From Octopus vulgaris (Eukaryota), in the NCBI GenBank assembly GCA_951406725.2, contig OX597834.1:28210001-28274000 (forward strand): DNA of 64,000 nucleotides, given 5' to 3'. This document shows positions 25,266-37,766 of this stretch, piece after piece. Each line of letters begins with the position of its first letter. The stretch's first letter is position 1. The notes below the pieces were generated by a model, which was given only the letters and a program-made list of their open reading frames with translations, was not told where the DNA came from and did no database searches. The translations under genes and the position numbers were made by a program.

Positions 25266-25295
25266 ATATATATATATATATAGGTGCAGGATATA

Positions 25296-25715
25296 TACTC
25301 TTTTACTCTTTTACTTGTTTCAGTCATTTGACTGCGGCCATGCTGGAGCACCGCCTTTAGTCGAGCAAATCGACCCCCGGGACTTATTCTTTGTAATCCC
25401 AGTACTTATTCTATCGGTCTCTTTTGCCGAACCGCTAAGTGACGGGGACGTAAACACACCAGCATCGGTTGTCAAGCAATGCTATGGGGGACAAACACAG
25501 ACACACAAACATATACACACACACACACTTATATATATATACACATATATACGACAGGCTTCTTTCAGTTTCCATCTACCAAATCCACTCACAAGGCATT
25601 GGTCGGCCCGGGGCTATAGTAGAAGACACTTGCCCAAAGATGCCACGCAGTGGGACTGAACCCGGAACCATGTGGTTGGTTAGCAAGCTACTTACCACAC
25701 AGCCACTCCTGCGCC
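25296..25715 (-). mobile_element. SINE family A, young, full length
   Basis: Head ggcgcaggagtggctgtgtgg through (gtaaaaga)n tail. Confidence 0.95.
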
Positions 25716-25819
25716 TATATATATATATATATATATATAAGCATTTTTCCCAGAGTGGTAATGATTCTGCCAGCTCACCACCTTAGGAAAACGGGATAAT
25801 GATAAAAAAAAAAATCATT

Positions 25820-26048
25820 TTAATCCTTTAGCATTTAAACCGGCCATATCCGGCCAAAATTATTCTGCCTGTTTTATGTTCAAACTGGCCACATCTGGCT
25901 TCTCACACCAACCCTACAATATCATTTCAAAAATTAACAGCTACCTCATCAAAATCTCATAGCTACAAGATAATGCATGATTAGTTCAAAACAATGTGGA
26001 TTAAAAAGCATTAATTTTGGCAGAATAATGTGAACACTAAAGGGTTAA
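25820..26048. mobile_element. piggyBac-type MITE family E
   Basis: TTAA-(t/c)cctttagca...cactaaaggg-TTAA termini; homologous to 45647-45874 in opposite orientation. Confidence 0.8.
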
Positions 26049-26596
26049 TATCATTTGATTGCAATGTATATTCTGCATTTCAATACTTTTAAAGGACCAC
26101 CAATTTTTGTCTAATTTTTTTCCATAAATATGGAATGAAATTTAGACTCCACTATAACAGTATTGCGGAACACAGGAATATATGAAATGGTGAATGGATT
26201 GACAGTGGTGGGTGGTCATGGTGGTGGCTATGGTGGTGGTGGTGGTGGTGGTGATACAAGCAACAGGCTGTTAATTCATAGTATTTTTTTAAAGTTTTCA
26301 TTTCATTTATCTCTTTTATAGTTGCCTTATTTATTGGTCCATTCATGGAAAGAAAAGAGGGGAATTGGGTGGGGTTAATTAACGGCGAGGGGAGGAGCGG
26401 GAGAGAGAGAGAGAGAAAGAGGGAGAAAGGGCAAAAAAGAGAGAAGGGGAAAGGAGGGAGGGAGGGATGTTGACAGGACATCCTAATTAGGCAAATATTG
26501 ATTTTTTTTGTTGTTTTGAATGAAAGGCATGAATATATTTATACACACTCACAAGCATCTATAATATATATACATGCATGCATATGTACAAACATA

Positions 26597-26749
26597 CATC
26601 ATCATCATCATCATCATCATCATTTAGCGTCCGCTTTCCATGCTAGCATGGGTTAGACGGGTCAACTGGGGTCTGTGAAGCCGGAAGGCTTCGTCAGGCC
26701 CAGTCAGATCTGGCAGTGTTTCTACGGCTGGATGCCCTTCCTAACGCCA
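26597..26749 (-). mobile_element. Family D 3' fragment
   Basis: (CAT)n tail followed by 'cgtccgctttccatgctagcatggg...ggatgcccttcctaacgcca'. Confidence 0.88.
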
Positions 26750-26777
26750 TATATAAATATATATGCACGTGTGTATG

Positions 26778-26811
<34 letters not shown>

Positions 26812-26816
<5 letters not shown>

Positions 26817-27044
26817 CTTTACTACCCACAAGGGGCTAAACGCAGGGGGGACAAACAAGGACAGACAAACGGATTAAGTCGATTATATCGACCCCAGTGC
26901 GCAACTGGTACTTATTTAATCGACCCCGAAAGGATGAAAGGCAAAGTCGACCTCGGCGGAATTTGAACTCAGAAAGTAGCAGCAGACGAAATACGGCTAC
27001 GCATTTCGCCTGGCGTGCTAACGTTTCTGCCAGCTCGCCGCCTT
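26812..27044 (-). mobile_element. SINE family B, full length
   Basis: Reverse complement of the B consensus. Confidence 0.95.
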
Positions 27045-27264
27045 CACACACAAGTGAAAATGTATGGAGAATGTATGCATATATTTTATGAGTGTGTGTA
27101 AATGTGTGTGTATATATATATATATATATACACACAGACATATTTAAATGCATGTGTGCACACACACACACATAGATACATACATACAACTATATATATA
27201 TATATATATATATATAGTTGTATGTATCTATGTGAGTGTGTGCACACATGCATGTAAATATGTC

Positions 27265-27310
<46 letters not shown>

Positions 27311-27367
27311 TTTACACACACTCATAAAATATATGCATACATTCTCCATACATTTTCACTTGTGTGT
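27045..27367. repeat. ~320-bp near-perfect palindrome centred on (TA)n
   Basis: 'acacacaagtgaaaatgtatggagaatgtatgcatatattttatgagtgtgtgtaaatg' is mirrored by its reverse complement at ~27309-27367. Confidence 0.93.
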
Positions 27368-27626
27368 ATGTGTGCATGTATGTATGTATGTATGTATATG
27401 TCATCATTTTTTTTTATGTCCTTTGTACCATGCTGGCATGGGTTAGACAGCTTGACAAGAACTGATGCCGCAGAGGATTGCACCAAGCTCTATACACACA
27501 CACACACACACACGTTTATATGTGTATGACAGAGCATACTGAATATACTGTAGGTGAAGAGAATTCAACTGTCCTAAGTAATAGGACCCGAATTCAAACA
27601 AGAATGAATTCCCTTTTATATTTCCA

Positions 27627-28405
27627 ACTAGCAGCTAAGCCCGGTTTCACCCGGTCCGTTTGCATGATGTGGCTGTGATCGTTTTCGGTTAGGCATAATC
27701 TGTAACAGTGTTTCTCAACCTTATCATTTCGGATCCCCTGTTTCATTTGGAGCCTCCAGCTGTATCTCTTTCTCTTTCTCTTGTTTCAGTCATTTGACTG
27801 CGGCCATGCTGGAGCACCGCCTTTAGTCGAACAAATCGACCCCGGGACTTATTCTTTGTAAGCCCAGTACTTATTCTATCGGTCTCTTTTTGCCGAACCG
27901 CTAAGTGACAGGGATGTAAACACACCAGCATCGGTTGTCAAGCAATGCTAGGGGGACAAACACAGACACACAAACACACACATACATATATATATATACA
28001 TATATATATACGACAGGCTTCTTTCAGTTTCCGTCTACCAAATCCACTCACAAGGCATTGGTCGGCCCGGGGCTATAGCAGAAGACACTTGCCCAAGGTG
28101 CCACGCAGTGGGACTGAACCCGGAACCATGAGGTTGGTTAGCAAGCTACTTACCACACAGCCACTCCTGCGCCTATAGCCACTCCTGCGCCTATGAAAAG
28201 CTGTATGAAAATTTCTTTTAAAAAAGTTTTAATCGATTTTCTCGGTAGGCATGGGGGCTAGGAAAAGAATACAAACAGTATTCCAATCTATGCACCCGCC
28301 TCCACATGTGTGCCAATTTTCACGTGAATCCACCCAGCCATTTGGCTGTGAACCTCAAGACAAGAAAGTACACAACGATCACCCATGTCCAATTCATATT
28401 ATAGG
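27627..28405 (+). mobile_element. Helentron/DINE-1(Lep1)-like non-autonomous element, interrupted by a hAT-like fragment and a family A SINE
   Basis: Start 'actagcagctaagcccggtttcacccgg' and end 'tgtgccaattttcacgtgaatccacccagccatttggctgtga...ttcatattatag' resemble Lep1/DINE-type termini as recalled. Confidence 0.45.
27765..28194 (-). mobile_element. SINE family A, young, with 18-bp head duplication
   Basis: 'agccactcctgcgcctat' in tandem at the 5' end. Confidence 0.95.
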
Positions 28406-28870
28406 TGAGTTAATCAATGTTTTACTTACATCTTAGTTACCAAAAAAAACAATCCGATGTCCATAGCCTTTTTTCCTTTGTAGGGACAGGACTCTACAAT
28501 GGCTGAGGTCAATGTGATTTACATTCTCTATCTACTCTCAGTTTCTTCTATGGCTACTATAATGGCCTCTGCTCAACAAAACTGGTTGAGCTCAGACCAC
28601 TTTTGTACAGATATTACTGATTCCCCCACCTGACCTACCTATCTATTTCTTTCCACATGTCCAAACTATGTCCAAACCCACTGCTGTCACCACCATCATC
28701 ACCAGTCCCTCCCACAACTACAACCAGTCCATGCTTTCCAACACATAAGCCTTCCATAATTTTTTCCCGGCTGATGGTTTAAGGGAAAACTAGTTGCCGT
28801 TTCTAGTCTGCCAAGTGATAAAAACTCTTTCGTTGGTATCCTTGTGGTTAGACAGGACCTAATGGAGCAG

Positions 28871-29098
28871 CAAGCTGGCAGAAACGTTAGCATGCGGGGC
28901 GAAATGCTTAGCGGTATTTTATTTGCTGTTACGTTCTGAGTTCAAATTCCGCCGAGGTCGACTTTGCCTTTCATCCTTTCAGGGGTTGATAAATTTAGTA
29001 CGAGTTACACACTGGGGTCGATGTAATCGACTTAATCCCTTTGCCAGTCCTTGTTTGTCCCCTCTACGTTCAGCTCCTTGTGGGCAATAAAGAAATAA
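28871..29098 (+). mobile_element. SINE family B with 17-bp TSD
   Basis: TSD aggacctaatggagcag at 28854-28870 and 29099-29115. Confidence 0.95.
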
Positions 29099-29224
29099 AG
29101 GACCTAATGGAGCAGAGAGAGAAATCACAGAACCTCCAAACAGCTAATCCAGGAGGGGTGGAAGGAAGGGGAATTCTCTCTTGTTGGCTTGGAAACATGG
29201 AACAAACACCAGTCAAATTCAAAT

Positions 29225-29500
29225 ATCTTTTGTCGATTACTTGTTCCAGTCATTGGACTACGACCATTCTGGGGCAACACCTCGAAGAATTTTTAGTTGA
29301 ATTGATCCCAGGACTTATTCATTATTTTGTAAAGCCTAGAACTTATTCAAGAATTTTCTGTCGAATGAGTCAACCCCAGGACTCATTTCTTCGTTAAGGC
29401 TGGTACTTATTCTATCAGTCTCTTTTACCAGACCACTATGTTCCAGGAACATAAACACACCAACACCGGTTGTCAAGCAGCAGTGGGTTGCAAACACAGG
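29225..29500 (-). mobile_element. Diverged family A 3' half
   Basis: 'ttacttgttccagtcattggact...gtacttattctatcagtctc...ccggttgtcaagc'. Confidence 0.75.
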
Positions 29501-29511
29501 AACGAACACAT

Positions 29512-29567
<56 letters not shown>

Positions 29568-29936
29568 AGTTATCAAACAAGAAAACAAAAAGACAACAAC
29601 GCAATATGTGGAACAAATAAAGTATTATTGGACGCTCAGGAAAGAAGGGAAGAAGGAGATGGGCTTCTTATACGATGGCTTTCTTGTGCAGCACCTTGAC
29701 CAATTGTCTTCAGCTATATCCTTGGGCTGACCAAGTAGAAGGCCCTTACAATGATTTCATGGTAAGGAATGGTTAGAAAGTGCAAGAAAGATCTACTATT
29801 TCGGCAGTGAAGACCAAACAGCCATACACACACAATAACTGGAGAGACATTCTTCCTTCTTTCTCTCTTTCCTTCTTTCATTTTCTTTTACTTTCTCTCT
29901 CTTCCTCTCTCTCTCTCTCTCTCTTTCTTTCCTTCA

Positions 29937-29981
<45 letters not shown>

Positions 29982-30237
29982 TGAGTATTGGTTGGTCACG
30001 TTTTAACAGACAAGATTTCTCCCATTTCATCCCAAGCAGAGGAGGGGGGGGGGACAGCATGGGTGGGTTGGGTAGATGTGATGAGGGAACACCCTACCCT
30101 AAATCGGAGTGAGTGAATGAGTGTGAGTCACTTGACCTACTGATAAATATATGAGTAATGAAAGAAACTAAAGAAAGAAAGAAAGAAAGAAAGAAAGAAA
30201 CTCAAGAACAACAAGTGAGTCAAGTGTGAGAAGTTTG

Positions 30238-30746
30238 ATCATCATCATAATCATCATCATCGTCATCATCATTGACATCATCATCACTTGCCATCTTCAT
30301 CATCATCATCATCATTATTATTGTCATCATCATTGCCACCATTATCATCACATTGCCATCACCACCACCATTATGATTGTCAGTCTTACCATCATCACCT
30401 CCACCACCACTATCATTACCATCATCCTTGTCAGCATCACCTCCACAACCACTATCATCATCACAATCATCATCATCATCATAATCATCATCATTATCAT
30501 CATCATCGTCACCACTTGCCATCTTCATCATCACCATCATTATCATTATTATTGTCATCATCATCATTGCCACCATTATCATCACATTGCCATCACCACC
30601 ACCATTGTGGTTGTCAGTCTTACCATCATCATCCTCCTCCTCGTCAGCATCCTCCTCGTCAGCATCACCTCCACCACCACTATCATCATCATCATTATCA
30701 TCATTGTCACCATCATCATCATCATCATCACCAACATTACCATCAT
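30238..30746. repeat. (CAT)n-derived array with a ~228-bp higher-order duplication
   Basis: 'cacttgccatcttcatc' at 30285 and 30513 with colinear downstream variants. Confidence 0.9.
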
Positions 30747-31258
30747 GAAATGTTTTTACTGCTGAAGGAAATGGGAGTGGAACTGTCTGGCACCAAAGTA
30801 AACCAAAACCTCATGACCATATCTTTACAGCATTTTAGCTTAGTCTTTTCCAAAGTTCAAAACCTACTACTCACTCATAGCCAACTTCCTTTTCCATCTC
30901 ACTGTTCACCATTACACACACTTAAGCCATGATTTAGTCTAACACTACCACTGCCTTACCCCAACTTCTCATCCCAGCAGGTGCCTTTAAAAAAAAAATC
31001 TGCTGCATTGCAAGCAATGGGATGCAAGGTTTCCAGTCTGTGAATAATTCAAACAAATTGCCCCAACAAAAAGAGCAGGCAAGATCCTTTATTATTCTGC
31101 ATGTTCAGCTGGTTCAACGATGATGAGAGAGTCAAGAGGATGTTTATATCAGATGGTGAGGACACAGACTCCTAAAATAATTAAGCGGAAGCAAGATATA
31201 GTTTAAAAAGTTATCCTCGCAGCTCTGTGTTACTGGAAACTTCAACATCAATGGAAAT

Positions 31259-31650
31259 GGAGTGGCTGTGTGGTAAGTAGCTTGCTAACCAACCACATTG
31301 TTCCGGGTTCAGTCCCACTGCGTGGCATCTTGGGCAAGTGTCTTCTGCTATAGCCCCGGGCCGACCAATGCCTTGTGAGTGGATTTGGTAGACGGAAACT
31401 GAAAGAAGCCTGTCGTATATATGTATATATATATATATGTGTGTGTGTGTTTGTCCCCCTAGCATTGCTTGACAACCGATGCTGGTGTGTTTACGTCCCC
31501 GTCACTTAGCGGTTCGGCAAAAGAGACCGATAGAATAAGTACTGGGCTTACAAAAGAATAAATCCTGGGGTCGAGTTGCTCGATTAAAAGGCGGTGCTCC
31601 AGCATGGCCGCAGTCAAATGGCTGAAACGGGTAAAAGAGTAAAAGTGTAA
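31259..31650 (+). mobile_element. SINE family A, young
   Basis: Full body. Confidence 0.95.
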
Positions 31651-31687
31651 AATACCATATGACAGTTATAGTTTACACATCTAAACA

Positions 31688-31910
31688 TTTACTCTTTACT
31701 CTTTTACTTGTTTCAGTCATTTGACTGCGCCATGCCGGAGCACCGCCTTTAATCGAGCAACTCGACCCGGCACTTATTCTTTTGTAAGCCCAGTACTTAA
31801 TCTATCGGTTTCTTTTGCCGAACCACTAAGTAACGGGGACATAAACACATCAGCATCGGTTGTCAAGCAATGCTAGGGGGACAAACACGCTCACACAAAC
31901 ACACACACGC

Positions 31911-31943
<33 letters not shown>

Positions 31944-32094
31944 TACGACGGGCTTCTTTCAGTTTCCGTCTACCAAATCCACTCGCAAGGCTTTGGTCGG
32001 CCCGAGGCTATAGTAGAAGACACTTGCCCAAGGTACCACGCAGTGGGACTGAACCCGGAACCATGTGGCTGGTAAACAAGCTACTTACCACACA
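31688..32094 (-). mobile_element. SINE family A, young
   Basis: Full body, inverted relative to both neighbours. Confidence 0.95.
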
Positions 32095-32239
32095 AGGGAA
32101 TCTCAAATGCAGGATAGCTGTTAAAACAGCTTAGAACAATAATTTTTTGTTTTGCTTTCTTTCAACCTTTCTTTTCCTTATATATACAAACTTGATCTCT
32201 CTAAAATCAAGGTTAAGAGTCCAAAAAATTAAATAACCA

Positions 32240-32636
32240 GGCGTAGGAATGGCTGTGTGGTAAGTAGCTTGCTAACCAACCACATGGTTCCAGGTTCAGT
32301 CCCACTGCGTGGCATCTTGGGCAAGTGTCTTCTGCTATAACCTCGGGCCGACCAATGCCTTGTGAGTGGATTTGGTAGACGGAAACTGAAAGAAGCCTGT
32401 CGTATATATGTATATATATATATGTGTGTGTGTGTTTGTGTGACTGTGTTTGTCCCCCTAGCATTGCTTGACAATTGATGGTGTGTTTACGTCCCCGTCA
32501 CTTAGCGGTTCAGCAAAAAAAACCGATAGAATAAGTACTGGGCTTACAAAGAATAAGTCCCGGGGTCGATTTGCTCGACTAAAGGCGGTGCTCCAGCATG
32601 GCCGCAGTCAAATGACTGAAACAAGTAAAAGAGTAA
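32240..32636 (+). mobile_element. SINE family A, young
   Basis: Full body. Confidence 0.95.
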
Positions 32637-33489
32637 CCTTATCAGAAACAACTGATTTTGTAGCTTTTCCTACATTTAAACTACTTTAATCTACAAGTTG
32701 CTACTTCAGTATTTTATCCATTCAACCACTTCATTCTCTGGAATAACAGAAGAATTTGGATCAGGCATGGTTTTGTAGTTAAGAAGCTTGCCTTTCAACA
32801 ATGTGGAAACCTAGGCAAATGTCTTCCAAAATAGACCTTGGGCAGACAAATGTCTTGTGAGTGAATCTGAAGGACAGAAACTGTGTTCAGTGGAATATAT
32901 TATACATATAAATGGATTCTTTTCAATCTCCATCTAACAAATTCACTTACAAGATTATTGGTTATCCTGAGGCTATAGCAGAAGACACTTGCCTAAGTTT
33001 CCACGCAGTGGGACTGAACCCCAAACCTCATATATTGCAAAATGAATAAAGTCCCCATAACTTAGCGGATCAACAAAAGGGACTGATGGAATAAGTACCA
33101 GGCTTAAAAAAGGAAGTAGAGGGGTGGGTTGATTCATTCGACTAAAATTCTTCGAGGTGGTGCCCCAGCATGGCCACAGTCTAATGATTGACACAAGTAT
33201 AGGATAAAAGATAAATGGGATGGTCACAGATGGAATGCCTTCTACCATAGGTTTGCTAAAATCAACCCCCCCCCCCGTCCCATCTACCCCTACCCCAAGA
33301 TGAAACTAAACAACAAGAACAGTAACAACAAGCTCAATAATTTGAAATGCCACAAACAATATTATTTATATGGAAGTAGGAGGGGGGGAGAAGTAGTAGG
33401 GAGGGAGAGGAGACGGTAGAGTGGGGTGGGGTATTTGGTAAAGTAGCTGAAGTGTTGTGTGAATGTGGGTGTCTGTATGTGTGCGTATG

Positions 33490-33537
<48 letters not shown>

Positions 33538-33648
33538 TTATGCATGAATGTATGTGTGTGTGCGTGTTCATGTAACATATGTCTGTGAGTGTGTTTCTAT
33601 GAAAGTTTGTATCTATGTGTGTGCGTGTGTATGGATGTATGCATGTGC

Positions 33649-33679
<31 letters not shown>

Positions 33680-34089
33680 CATGTGTGTGTGTATATATAT
33701 ATATACATGCACACACACACATATATATATATATATACATGCATGTGTGTATGGATGTATCCGTGTGTATATGTATATATATATATATACACACATATAT
33801 GTATGTGTATGGACATGTATATATGTGTGTGCGTATGTATATATATATACATATATTATGCATGAATGTATGTATATGTGTGTGTATAGTATGCATACAT
33901 CTGTGGATGTATGCCTTTGTCTTAAGATACTTTGGCAGCATCAATTATCGACAAATAATGGCCCACATTTCACTAATAAACCCAGCAGAGCGACAATAGA
34001 CTAATCTAGAAAATGTCAACAGTTTTTAACAACAAAACATATATTTCTGTGTATGTATGTGTGTGTGTGAGAGAGGGGGGAGGGATGAA

Positions 34090-34136
<47 letters not shown>

Positions 34137-34849
34137 TGTGTGCAGTGCACATGAGCGAAAGTGTGCGTGAGCTTGTGTAAAAGTGTGTGCCTGTGAGTAA
34201 ATGGTAGAGTGTTAGTGCACGTGCATGCATGTGTGTGTGTGTGTGTATGTGTAAGTGAGTGTGTGTGCATATTTGTGTGTGTGTATGTGTAAGTGAGTGT
34301 GCGTGCATATTTGTGTGTGTGTGTGTGTGTGTGTGTTCTTTCAATATAGAAGAACCAATTGAAATGGCAAACTCTAAGAGAGAGAGAGGGAGAAAGAAAG
34401 AAATTGAGTGTGGCCAACAAAACAAGAGAAAACCAGGAAAAAAAAAACCAAAAATGAACAAAAAAACCAAAAATGAAAAGAAAAAATGGGAAAAACCAAG
34501 AAAATCAGACAATCTCCTTCTTCTTCTGTCACGTTTCTCCATGAAGACTTATTAGGCAGGAAGAACTAAATATCAACAAGGCTAATAATGATGATGATGA
34601 TGATGATGGTGGTGGTGATGGTGATGGTGGTGATGATGATGATGATGATGATGCTGAACAAGAGAGATACTGAAGAGTGAAGGAATATAAGTAAGTAGGA
34701 AGGAAGAGGAAGGACAGCGAGGAGGAGGAGGGGAGGGAGGGAGAGAGGGGTGGTGGGATAAAATGATCAATGAGTATGAAAAGTACCTGAGTCGATAAGT
34801 GCAGGGGCGGGGCGGGGTAGATTCCAGCTGATCATTTGGTTGGTTAGAG

Positions 34850-35160
34850 GGGGCGAGAGACAGAGAGACAGAGAGAGGGGGGTAAGGAGAGATTAAGAAA
34901 GTGAGAGAGAGATAGGAAGAGATTGGAGAAGAGACTGCGAAAGGGAGGAGAGAGAAAGAGAGAGAGAGAGAGGGGGTAAGGAGAGATTAAGAAAGTGAGA
35001 GAGAGAGATAGGAAGAGATTGGAAAAGAGACTGCGAAAGGGAGGAGAGAGAAAGAGAGAGAGAGAGGGGGGTAAGGAGAGATTAAGAAAGTGAGAGAGAG
35101 ATAGGAAGAGATTGGAGAAGAGACTGCGAAAGGGAGAAGAGAGAGAGAGAGAAAGAGAGA
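34850..35160. repeat. Purine-rich ~105-bp minisatellite, 3 copies
   Basis: 'gggtaaggagagattaagaaagtgagagagagataggaagagattgga.aagagactgcgaaaggga' three times. Confidence 0.92.
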
Positions 35161-35465
35161 GACGCACGAAGAGGAGACTGGAAGAAAGAGAGAGGGTAAG
35201 AGAGACAAATACGGACAGACAGACAGGTAGATAGACGGTTGGAGAGAGAAATCGGGAAAGAGAAAAACAGAGACATAGAGAGAGAGAGAAAATTACAGAT
35301 TATAACTGATCAATAAGTTTGATATGAGGTGAAAGTGAGACACTGACAATGAGAGAGAGAGGGAGGGAGGGAGGGAGGGAGGAAAACAGAGAGAGACAAA
35401 GTGACAGACAGAGGAGATAGATTCTTACTGGTCGGTTGAGTTGTTAGAAGATGAGAAAGAAGAGG

Positions 35466-35514
<49 letters not shown>

Positions 35515-36057
35515 TGAGGTGAAGAGGAGAGAGAAAAACATCAGAAGACGGGGAGAAAAGAAAGACAGAAAAGACAGAGATAGTGTGTAATAAATGGGGG
35601 GAAGGATGGACTCTTGTGGAGCAATAATAGGGAAATAATAAGAAGTTAGATGGAAAGAGAAAAGAGAGAGAGGGGGGACGTCTAGAGAAGGGGAGGAGAT
35701 ATAAAAAAAAAGCAGAAACAAATAGGGAAAGACAGAGAAAGGGAGACAGACAGACAGACAGAGATATAGAAAGAAAGAGAGAAATACTCAAGAAGATATC
35801 GGAAAACGTTTGGAGTGCATACGTGTGTGTGTGCGTGTGTGTGTGTGTGAATTCCTCTCAAAGAAATGGTAAAGCTAATGAAAATAAATGGCAAATACAA
35901 AAGAGAAACAAGAAACAAACCAAAAAAAAATGGAAAGTAGTAAAGTAGCCAGAACAGAAACTAAGAGAGATTCAGAGATACTTTACAGATTAACAAGATG
36001 TATAATAATAATCCAGCTAAAAGTTGGCCGTCGTCAATATATATATAAAGAGAGAGA

Positions 36058-36272
36058 GCGGTGAGCTAGCAGCTAGCGGTTAGCAATGCTGGGCAAAATA
36101 CATAGCACCATTTCGTCCATCTTTACGTCCTGAGTTCAAATTCCGCTGAGGAAGACTTTGCCTTTCATCCTTTTGGAGTCGATAAACTAGGTTCCAATTG
36201 AGCACTAGAGTCGATGTAATTGACTTACCCCCTCCCCGAAATTGTTAGTCTTGCACCAGACTTTGAAACCAA
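36058..36272 (+). mobile_element. SINE family B, diverged (older 3' variant)
   Basis: 'ctgagttcaaattccgctgagg..gactttgcctttcatcctttt'. Confidence 0.85.
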
Positions 36273-36278
36273 TATATA

Positions 36279-36465
36279 TCACATGTGAATCGTTGGCGAT
36301 TTTCTTCCTCCGTCTTCTCTTCTATTGGACTTTCCTCTGTTTCCGAAGAAGAGCATCTGCTCGAAACGTTAAACCACCTATTTTCCCTTTCTTGAGCATC
36401 TGCTAATACATTACATGTACCACGTCCTCAGGCTGTTTTTTTTCTGTATTTGTTCTTTTGAGATT

Positions 36466-36468
<3 letters not shown>
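36279..36468 (+). mobile_element. Penelope-like pLTR fragment with hammerhead-like core, ending at (TA)n
   Basis: 'ccgaagaa-gagc-atct-gctc-gaaacgtt' at 36343-36370. Confidence 0.6.
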
Positions 36469-36500
<32 letters not shown>

Positions 36501-37274
36501 CATACATACACACAACCACACATACACACAAACACATCTGTGTGTGTGTGTGTGTACAAAGACAAGTGGGTAAACAAATGAAAAAATACCTAACATAATT
36601 GGTTGTTTCCGAACATGACAAGGTGGACATGTCCTACACCAGGCTGGCCAACTTGAATTACATAGTGAGCCGCAAGATAAACGTCTGCGGGCTGCAAGAT
36701 AAATGTCTGCAGGCCATATGCAACCTACAGGCCTCAGATTGTAAAGTAAAGTAAAGTGAAGTTGAGTCACACAGTTATCATATATGTCCTCATCATGGAA
36801 CATGGAGATTAAATAGTGACGATGTACGTATATATATACACACACACACTGGCATGAACAAGTGATTAAGAATTTCACTTTGCGATCATACAATCTCAAG
36901 TTCAAGCCCCAGTGCACAGTATCTTGGGCTAACATTTTTTCCCCCTGGCCCCAGACAAATTAAACATTTGCTAGCATCAGTCACAAATAACTAAATCATT
37001 CCTTCACAACTTTATAAGAAGGATTGTTCTTATATAAAAGAACAGCAAACAGTATATAAACAAACCAACACTGAAAGCCGTACAGAACAAAATACATGTT
37101 TGTACGATACAATCACATTTAACTTGCTTGTGTACACTCGATATTTACTCACTCACAAATTACCTGGGGTTGCAGATGACACTGAAATATGATAGGAACA
37201 TATCCAAAATTATCCCCCATGCTTACAAGAAAATTTATGACACTGCATATTTAATTCCAGTTGTCTCTGTACGT

Positions 37275-37766
37275 GGTGAAGCAGTGGTAAGAAACTTGCT
37301 TCCCAACCACGTGGTTCTGGGTTCAGTCCCACAGCGTGACACTTTGGGCAAGTGTCTTCTACTATAACCTCGGGTCGACCAAATCCTTAATAGGCGCAGG
37401 AGTGGCTGTGTGGTAAGTAGCTTGTTTACCAACCACATGGTTCCGGGCTCAGTCCCACTATGTGGTACCTTGGGCAAGTGTCTTCTATTATAGCCTCGGG
37501 CCGACCAAAGCCTTGTCAGTGGATTTGGTAGACGGAAACTGAAATATATATATGTGTGTGTTTGTGTGTCTGTGTTTGTCCCCCTAGCATTGCTTGACAA
37601 CCGATGCTGGTGTGTTTATGTCCCCGTTACTTAGCGGTTCGGCAAAAAGAGACCGATAGAATAAGTACTGGGCTTACAAAAGAATAAGTCCTGGGGTCGA
37701 GTTGTTCGATTAAAGGCAGTGCTCCAGCATGGCCGCAGTCAAATGACTGAAACAAGTAAAAGAGTA
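37275..37766 (+). mobile_element. Older family A head (37275-37388) followed by a young family A SINE (37393-37766)
   Basis: Two successive A heads, then one complete body. Confidence 0.92.

Noticed and set aside
31109-31155. Possible 47-nt + strand exon (gttcag|...GATG|gtgagg; WFNDDERVKRMFISD)
   Set aside because: Weak polypyrimidine tract, no recognisable homology and no partner exons; cannot be supported without RNA data.
34800-34845. Tandem GC boxes (ggggcggggcgggg) suggesting a promoter
   Set aside because: Isolated within purine-rich low-complexity DNA, with no CpG island or adjacent exon.
36640-36745. Possible hAT MITE remnant (caggctggccaac...gcgggctgca)
   Set aside because: The second terminus and TSD could not be identified with confidence.
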